Assembly (NCBI GenBank): GCA_963717145.1 | Contig: OY970325.1 | Location: forward strand, 704,001-768,000 | Direction: 5' to 3' | From: an uncultured Armatimonadetes bacterium | GTDB taxonomy: Bacteria; Armatimonadota; UBA5829; DTJY01 | DNA length: 64,000 bases | Part shown: one piece after another, positions 58,324 to 64,000 of the stretch | How positions within the stretch are numbered: the stretch's first letter is position 1 | How the letters are laid out: every line of letters begins with the position of its first letter | The notes under the pieces: generated by a model | The model's input: the letters and a program-made list of their open reading frames with translations, nothing else | Databases searched by the model: none | What the model was told of the DNA's origin: nothing | Made by a program: the position numbers and the translations under genes

Positions 58324-58338
58324 ATGATATCTCGTTAG

Positions 58339-58435
58339 AACACAGATGGCACGGATTGCGGAGGATGACACAGATAGTGCTTTTGATTTGGGCTCTATCT
58401 GTGCAATCTGTGTTTCATCTGTGTGATCTGTGTTC
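58339..58435. repeat. Inverted CACAGAT / ATCTGTG tandem arrays (about 9-11-nt units)
   Basis: aacacagat..cacggat..cacagat ... atctgtg x4; related runs at 37813-37836 and 59604-59630. Confidence 0.75.
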
Positions 58436-58437
58436 CT

Positions 58438-58899
58438 TTACTCTCCTGCGACTCCCTTGAACGGGCCGAGTTTCCTGACCTGCTCGGTGAACTGCTCAAC
58501 GACTTCGGCGTACTTCTGGCCTTCCGCCGCCGAGATCCAGTCGAAGTGGAACCGCTCCGGCTCGATGCCCATGAACTCGAGCATCCGCTCGAAGAGCATG
58601 ATCCGCCGGCGTGCGTAGTAGTTGCCCTTCGCGTAGTGGCAGTCGCCGGGATGGCATCCCGAGACGAGCACGCCGTCGAATCCCCGCTCGAACGCCTTCA
58701 TCACGAACTGCGGATCGACTCGACCCGAGCACGGCACTCGCACGACCCGCATGTTGGCGGGGTATTTCAGCCTGCTCGACCCCGCGAGGTCCGCGCCGGC
58801 ATAGGTGCACCAGTTGCACAGGAACCCGATGATCCTCGGCTCCCACACCTTCGGTGCGTCTTCTGTCTCAACCTGTTCGGTGATCACTTCTTGTGACAT
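58438..58899 (-). CDS. flxD: MvhD/FlxD iron-sulfur subunit
   Basis: FLCNWCTYAGAD, RVPCSGRV, GCHPGDCHY..GN, WISAAEG. Confidence 0.93.
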   Translation of the reverse strand: MSQEVITEQVETEDAPKVWEPRIIGFLCNWCTYAGADLAGSSRLKYPANMRVVRVPCSGRVDPQFVMKAFERGFDGVLVSGCHPGDCHYAKGNYYARRRIMLFERMLEFMGIEPERFHFDWISAAEGQKYAEVVEQFTEQVRKLGPFKGVAGE

Positions 58900-58909
58900 A
58901 CGCTATCTC

Positions 58910-59308
58910 TCAAGGTCTCATTTCTTCCGGCAGCCGTTGGTGGATGAACTCCCGTATCGTTTCGGCGGCCTCCAATGCTTCCTGTACTGTCGGCTCCTCG
59001 GGCCAGAAATCCGGGTCGTATCTCAGTGATACGGCATAGGGAGTCAGCGTTTCTGCGAGTCCCAGCAGATCTGCAAAGGCCTGATCACGCCCTATGCAGA
59101 GCTCTATCAGCTTCTCGAGATTGTGGACGAAAGGGAACTCGATCTGCTGCGCAACCAGATAACCCTTTATGTACTTCTCAGCAGACTGTTGAGCGTGAAA
59201 GCAAGCGGTGTCGAGGCAGCCTTCAGCTCTCAGGCAGACCTTGACAGTCGCCAAATCGCTGTCACCCTTGCGGAACCACCCCTTCACTGCATCAGCCTGG
59301 CTCTTCAT
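58910..59308 (-). CDS. HEPN domain protein
   Basis: W..K..SDL, CFHAQQSAEK..KG, HNL..L, RY. Confidence 0.9.
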   Translation of the reverse strand: MKSQADAVKGWFRKGDSDLATVKVCLRAEGCLDTACFHAQQSAEKYIKGYLVAQQIEFPFVHNLEKLIELCIGRDQAFADLLGLAETLTPYAVSLRYDPDFWPEEPTVQEALEAAETIREFIHQRLPEEMRP

Positions 59309-59594
59309 ACAGTGCCTTACCCTCCCGGACGGCGGTCGTTATGAACGCCTGCCTGACCTCACTCCACTCCTCCACTTCATCCGGAGTGTAGACCAGTATA
59401 TCCATGGGGAGCATGATATCCCGTAGAGCGCCGTACAACGCCCGAGACCTGCGATATCGAGGTTCATCGGAATCTGCGATCACAAGCAGGTCGATGTCGC
59501 TACTGGGCCTTGCCTCTCCTCGCGCACGGCTCCCGAAAAGCACAATCTTGCGCGGATGCATAGTCGCGACTATTCGCCGCACGATTTCATCCAT
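59292..59594 (-). CDS. Minimal nucleotidyltransferase (MNT)
   Basis: IVLFGSRARGEARPSSDIDLLV, DILVYT..E, EGK.LY. Confidence 0.9.
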   Translation of the reverse strand: MDEIVRRIVATMHPRKIVLFGSRARGEARPSSDIDLLVIADSDEPRYRRSRALYGALRDIMLPMDILVYTPDEVEEWSEVRQAFITTAVREGKALYEEPG

Positions 59595-59636
59595 CAAGGT
59601 CTTCTCCGTGTACTCTGTGCCTCTGTGATTCATCCC

Positions 59637-61620
59637 TCACTCCGCAAATGCGAGCGCGTCGATCTCCGAGAGAATCTGGTCGTCCTTGAAGCCTCTCAAC
59701 TGAATGGAGGCCGACCGGCATGCCGCCACGCACGTCCCGCACCCGTGGCAGAGGCCCTCGTTGACCGAGGACACCGTCATGATCGGGTTGCCCGCGCGGT
59801 CGTAGATCGTCTTCTCCTCGATCGCCGTGAACGGGCAGACCTCCTTGCAGAGCAGGCAGCCCGCGCAGGTGGTCTCGTTCATCTCGGCGACCATCGGCTC
59901 CGACTCGAGGTTCGACTTGGCGAACAGGCCCATAACCTTCGATGCCGCGCGCGGACGCCTGCGCGACCGAGTCCGGGATGTCCTTCGGATACTGGCACGC
60001 ACCCGCCAGATAGATGCCGGCGGTCAGCACCTCGACCGGCTTGAGCTTCGGGTGCGCCTCACTGAACCAGTTGTACTGGTCGGTCGAGATCCCGAGCTTG
60101 CGCGCCAGGTCCTTCGCGTCCGGCTGGGCTCCATCGCCGGTCGCGAGGACCACCATGTCCGCCTCGATCTCGACCGGCTTCCCGGCAGCGTGTCGACGCC
60201 CCTGACGATCAGCTTGTCGCCGTGTTGGAAGATCCTCGAGACGCGCCCGCGGATGTAGATCGCGCCGTACTTCTCGATCGCGCGTCGGACGAACTCCTCG
60301 TAGCCCTTGCCGTTCGCGCGGATGTCCATGTAGAACACGTAGGTCTGCGCGTCGTGGAGCTTCTCCTTGAGCAGGAGCGCGTGCTTGGCGTTGTACATGC
60401 AGCAGACCTTCGAGCAGTAGGCATAGCCGTGCTCGTCGTCCCTCGAACCGATGCAGGAGATGAACACGACGTTCTTCGGCCGGCTTGCGGTCGGACGGGC
60501 GCACGATCTTGCCGTCGGTCGGGCCGGAGGCGTTCATCAGCCGCTCGAACTGCAGACCGGTGATGACGTCCGGGATACTTGCCGTAGCCGAAGTTGCCGC
60601 ATCGGGGTCGGATCCCAGGTCTGGAAGCCGGTCGCCACCACGATCGCGCCGAACTTCTCGGTGATCATCTCGTCTTCCTGCTCGTAGTCCATGGCGTCGG
60701 CCGGGCAGAGCTTCTGGCAGACGCCGCACTTGCCGTCCGTGAACATGCGGCAGTTCTCGCGGTCGATGACCGGCACGTTCGGGACCGCCTGCGGGAACGG
60801 GACGTAGATCGCGCGCCGCTGGCCGAGCCCGCGTCGAACTCGCGACGGGAGCTTGACCGGGCACTTCTCGTAGCAGACGCCGCAGCCGGTGCACTTCTCC
60901 ATGTCCACGCTGCGCGCCCGCTTGCGGATCTTGACCTCGAAGTTGCCGACGAAGCCGGAGACCTTCTCGACCTCGGAGTAGGTCAAGATCTCGATGTTCG
61001 GATGGCTGCGCAGTCGACCATCTTCGGCGTGAGGATGCACGCCGCGCAGTCGAGGGTGGGGAAGGTCTTGTCGTACTGGGCCATGCGCCCGCCGATGGAC
61101 GGCGTCCGCTCGACGAGCATGACCTGGTATCCGGCGTCGGCGATATCGAGCGCCGCCTGGATGCCCGCGACTCCGCCGCCGATCACCAGCGCCCTCTTGG
61201 TGAGCGGGATCTCCTGGCGGAAGAGCGGCTCGTTCTTGGTCGACCTTCGCGACCGCCATCGCGGTGAGGTCGATCGCCTTCTCGGTGGCGTCGTCCTTGT
61301 CCTCGTGGACCCAGGAGCAGTGCTCGCGGATGTTGGCCATCTCGACCATATACGGGTTCAGGCCCGCCTCGCCGATGCAGCGCTGGAAGGTGGGCTCGTG
61401 CAGCCGCGGGGAGCACGACGCGACCACGACGCGGTCGAGCTTGTGCTCCTTGATCGCCTCGCTTGACCATGTTCTGCCCCGGCTCGGAGCACATATACTT
61501 GTAGTCGGTGGCGTAGACGACCCCCGGCATCTTCGCGGCGGCCTCCGCGACCTTCTCGACGTCCACCGTCTTCGCGATATTCGATCCGCACCAGCAGACA
61601 AAAACTCCGACTCTTGCCAT
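59637..61620 (-). CDS. hdrA: Heterodisulfide reductase subunit A (many indels in this sequence)
   Basis: Consecutive HdrA motifs spread over several frames: [44 protein letters not shown]...[15 protein letters not shown], and a C-terminal 2x4Fe-4S. Confidence 0.9.
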
Positions 61621-61636
61621 TCTAGTACCTTTCGGA

Positions 61637-61712
61637 ATGGTTGATGGTCTATGGTTAATGGTTAATGGGAAACCAGTCCCGCATCAGCCATTGACCATAA
61701 ACCATCAACCAT
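61637..61712. repeat. Inverted heptamer arrays between hdrB and hdrA
   Basis: atggttg-atggtct-atggtta-atggtta ... ccattga-ccataaa-ccatcaa-ccat. Confidence 0.8.
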
Positions 61713-61718
61713 GCACTT

Positions 61719-62585
61719 CTATCCAGCTCCGATCCCCGCCAAGACCGCATCCGGGGCGACCATGAGCCTCTTCAGCCCGAGGTCGCTGTCCGAGAGACCG
61801 AATGCGACGCCTAAGAGCTGCGTGAAGTAGAAGATCGGCATGCCGTACTGCTCGCCGTACTTCGCCTCGACCTGTGGCTGCCTCGTATCGAGGTTCGCCT
61901 GACAGAGTGGGCACGCGGTGACGATGCAGTTCGCCCCGGAGCGCTTTGCCATCGAGAGGATGTCGTGCGTTAGCTTGACGACGATGTCCGACTTCGAGAG
62001 CGCCAGGCTCGCACCGCAGCACTCGTTCTTGTAAGGCCACTCGACGGGTTCAGCGCCGACCGCCGACATGATGCCGTCCATCGATGTCGGGTTCTCAGCG
62101 TCGTCGAAGCAAGCGACCTTCGGCGGGCGCGTGAGCAGGCATCCGTAGTAACATGCAGCCTTCAGACCGGTGAGTTCGCGCTTCACGTGTGACTTGATCT
62201 CGTCCTCGGGTACCTGAGCGATCGCTTCGAGCAGCGAGAGAATCTTGATGTTGCCATGATACTCGAGTCCGGACTTCTCCGTGATCGAGCGTATCAGCCC
62301 CGGATCGTCCTTCGCCGCATGATCCGCCGATTTCAGGCGGTTGAAGCACGCCGCGCACGGAGCGACCACGTCGAGGCCCATCGTCTCGGCCTTCGCCAGG
62401 TTCCGCAGAGGGAGCGCGACGCCCAGTTCGCGGTTCGTGGCATGGGCGGAAGTCGCCCCGCAGCAGTTCCAGTCCGGAATCTCGACAAGCTCGATGCCGA
62501 GCGCGCGGCAGACCGCCTCGGTCGAGTCGCCATATTCCTTTGCCGTAGAGTGCAGCGAGCACCCGGGGAAATATGCGTATTTCAT
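61719..62585 (-). CDS. hdrB: Heterodisulfide reductase subunit B
   Basis: YFPGCS, WNCCGA, PCAAC, YYGC, ECCGA, ACPLCQ.NLD, YFTQL. Confidence 0.95.
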   Translation of the reverse strand: MKYAYFPGCSLHSTAKEYGDSTEAVCRALGIELVEIPDWNCCGATSAHATNRELGVALPLRNLAKAETMGLDVVAPCAACFNRLKSADHAAKDDPGLIRSITEKSGLEYHGNIKILSLLEAIAQVPEDEIKSHVKRELTGLKAACYYGCLLTRPPKVACFDDAENPTSMDGIMSAVGAEPVEWPYKNECCGASLALSKSDIVVKLTHDILSMAKRSGANCIVTACPLCQANLDTRQPQVEAKYGEQYGMPIFYFTQLLGVAFGLSDSDLGLKRLMVAPDAVLAGIGAG

Positions 62586-63142
62586 CTTGTTTTCCTGAAT
62601 ATCCGCTTGATCTCGCCCATGCCCTTGATCGCCTTCGGGATCAGCACGAGCTTGCCCTTGAGGAACATCTTCACGCCGAGGAAGATATCGGAGAAGAGGT
62701 CCATGCTCCTGATCTTGTACTCGCCGAGCATGCTGACCTCGTGTACGCGGCCCATGCGCTCGACCGACCTCAGGAACGTCTCGTGGAACGTCTTGACGGC
62801 GGGCTCACCGGCGGCCTCACCGCGCGCCATCGCGGTTTGCCTGAGAGCATCCATGACCTTCGAAAGCTCGACGCTCCTCGGGCATCGGGTCGCGCAGGTC
62901 TCGCATCCGACACAGAGCCAGATCATCGACGACCGCAGGGCTTCCTTGTCCATGCCGAGTTGGACCAACCGGGACACCTGGTTCGGCATGATATCCGCGG
63001 CATAGGCGACCGGGCATCCCGCGGTGCACTCGCCGCACTGATAGCACGACTTGATGTTCTGCCCGCTGAGCTTCTCGATCTCCGATATGAACGTCCGATC
63101 ATCGGACACGACGACTCTTTCTTCCGTAGCGGCTTGCGCCAT
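62582..63142 (-). CDS. hdrC: Heterodisulfide reductase subunit C
   Basis: CYQCGECTAGCP and WLCVGCETCATRCP. Confidence 0.95.
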   Translation of the reverse strand: MAQAATEERVVVSDDRTFISEIEKLSGQNIKSCYQCGECTAGCPVAYAADIMPNQVSRLVQLGMDKEALRSSMIWLCVGCETCATRCPRSVELSKVMDALRQTAMARGEAAGEPAVKTFHETFLRSVERMGRVHEVSMLGEYKIRSMDLFSDIFLGVKMFLKGKLVLIPKAIKGMGEIKRIFRKTR

Positions 63143-63176
63143 CAGCAGATTCCTCCGACGTGGTTCGTCCGGGGAT

Positions 63177-63205
63177 ATTATATCAGTTTGTGCGGGATAT
63201 CACAA
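63177..63205 (-). promoter_or_regulatory. hdr-flx promoter with overlapping Rex-like palindrome
   Basis: TTGTGA-17 nt-TATAAT; the 18-bp TTGTGATATCCCGCACAA covers the -35. Confidence 0.6.
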
Positions 63206-63381
63206 CGGGCGTTCGCACGACTTGTTAGCCGTCGGTTGGGCCTTTTCCTCCCGACAACGCGCGAAGGAGGAAAACCGATCTACAGCAGAGAATACGTTCG
63301 GCAAGTAGGCAACGGATGGTTAGGATGCGCAGTCAGGCATCTTGATCGCCGTCTCGAACGAGTACAAAGGGAGGTACGGAT

Positions 63382-64000
63382 TTGAGTACGAAAGCTGCTG
63401 GTTCCGACACCGCTTATAGCCACCGCGGCCAGCTCTTCGCCGCAAGCTGCATGGCGCTTGTGGTGAGCGCCATTGCATTCGGTATCCGTGGTGATACCCT
63501 GGGTGATTTCGTCAACCAGTTTGGCAGGCAGTATGCCAAACCCGAGGAGGCGATAGGATGGGCGATCACCGGCGCGTTCTGGGGCTTCACGATCGCCATC
63601 GCCTTCAGCGGCGTCGTGTGCGACTGGCTGGGCATGAAGGCGCTCCTGGTATTCGCCTGGATTCTTCACATGATCGGCATTTCCGGCACAGTATTCGCCA
63701 ACAGCATCATGATGCTGGCAGTAGGGACGCTGTTGATCGGACTGGGAAACGGCTTCATCGAAGGCGCCGTGAACCCTCTCGTGGTTACGCTGTTTCCTAA
63801 CAACAAGACAGCCAAGCTGAATGCACTGCACGCCTGGTGGCCGGGCGGGATTGTGATTGGTACCCTCGTCGCGTACCTTCTGGGACTGGGCCACGCGAGT
63901 TGGCAGATCAAGACCGGCGTGTTGTTCATCCCCACTCTTATCTACGGTGCGATGTTCATCGGCCTGAAGCTTCCGCCGACCGAGCGCGTTCAGTCCGGCG
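63382..64000 (+). CDS. MFS transporter, 5' part (runs off the window; not in the ORF track)
   Basis: My translation from TTG after GGGAGG: MSTKAAG...LFAASCMALVVSAIAFGIRG...CDWLGMK...GLGNGFIEGAVNPL...LNALHAWWPGGIVIG. Confidence 0.9.
   Translation, partial: MSTKAAGSDTAYSHRGQLFAASCMALVVSAIAFGIRGDTLGDFVNQFGRQYAKPEEAIGWAITGAFWGFTIAIAFSGVVCDWLGMKALLVFAWILHMIGISGTVFANSIMMLAVGTLLIGLGNGFIEGAVNPLVVTLFPNNKTAKLNALHAWWPGGIVIGTLVAYLLGLGHASWQIKTGVLFIPTLIYGAMFIGLKLPPTERVQSG

Noticed and set aside
58438..61620. Selenocysteine recoding in FlxD/HdrA
   Set aside because: The relevant positions (CNWC, DCAAC) are TGC Cys codons; the breaks are frameshifts, not in-frame TGA.

Overview
GC-rich bacterial chromosomal segment, probably from an anaerobic member of Armatimonadota or a related Terrabacteria lineage. 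This is an inference from the two prepilin/H-X9-DG (DUF1559-type) genes, UPF0182, the Ycf45-like ATPase and the tmk-darA-holB order. Housekeeping content: pdxA, rpsF-ssb-rpsR with an S6:S18-type leader, dnaN, tsaC, tsaB, holB, tmk, rsmE, serA, rpmE-thyX-DUF1385-prfA-prmC and tRNA-Lys(TTT). Anaerobic energy content: a two-gene fused 2-oxoacid:ferredoxin oxidoreductase, a double-cubane-type reductase with its ATP-dependent activator, and hdrCBA-flxDCBA with a Rex-like box. Also present are glycan-active enzymes, two MNT/HEPN modules, the end of an IS66 and a complete rve-type IS. The most striking non-gene signal is a dense set of palindromic (REP-like) and short tandem repeat families. They supply stop codons and ribosome-binding sites to real genes and sit in frame inside at least three proteins. 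Other top candidates are an IS whose target copies its own end motif, an STN/secretin-N0 + GHL10 two-gene module, and a promoter-driven structured region at 45.8-46.1 kb. Several frameshifts (rsmE, serA, DUF4034, GHL10, hdrA) look like sequencing indels. All family calls come from motif recognition by eye; no searches were run.
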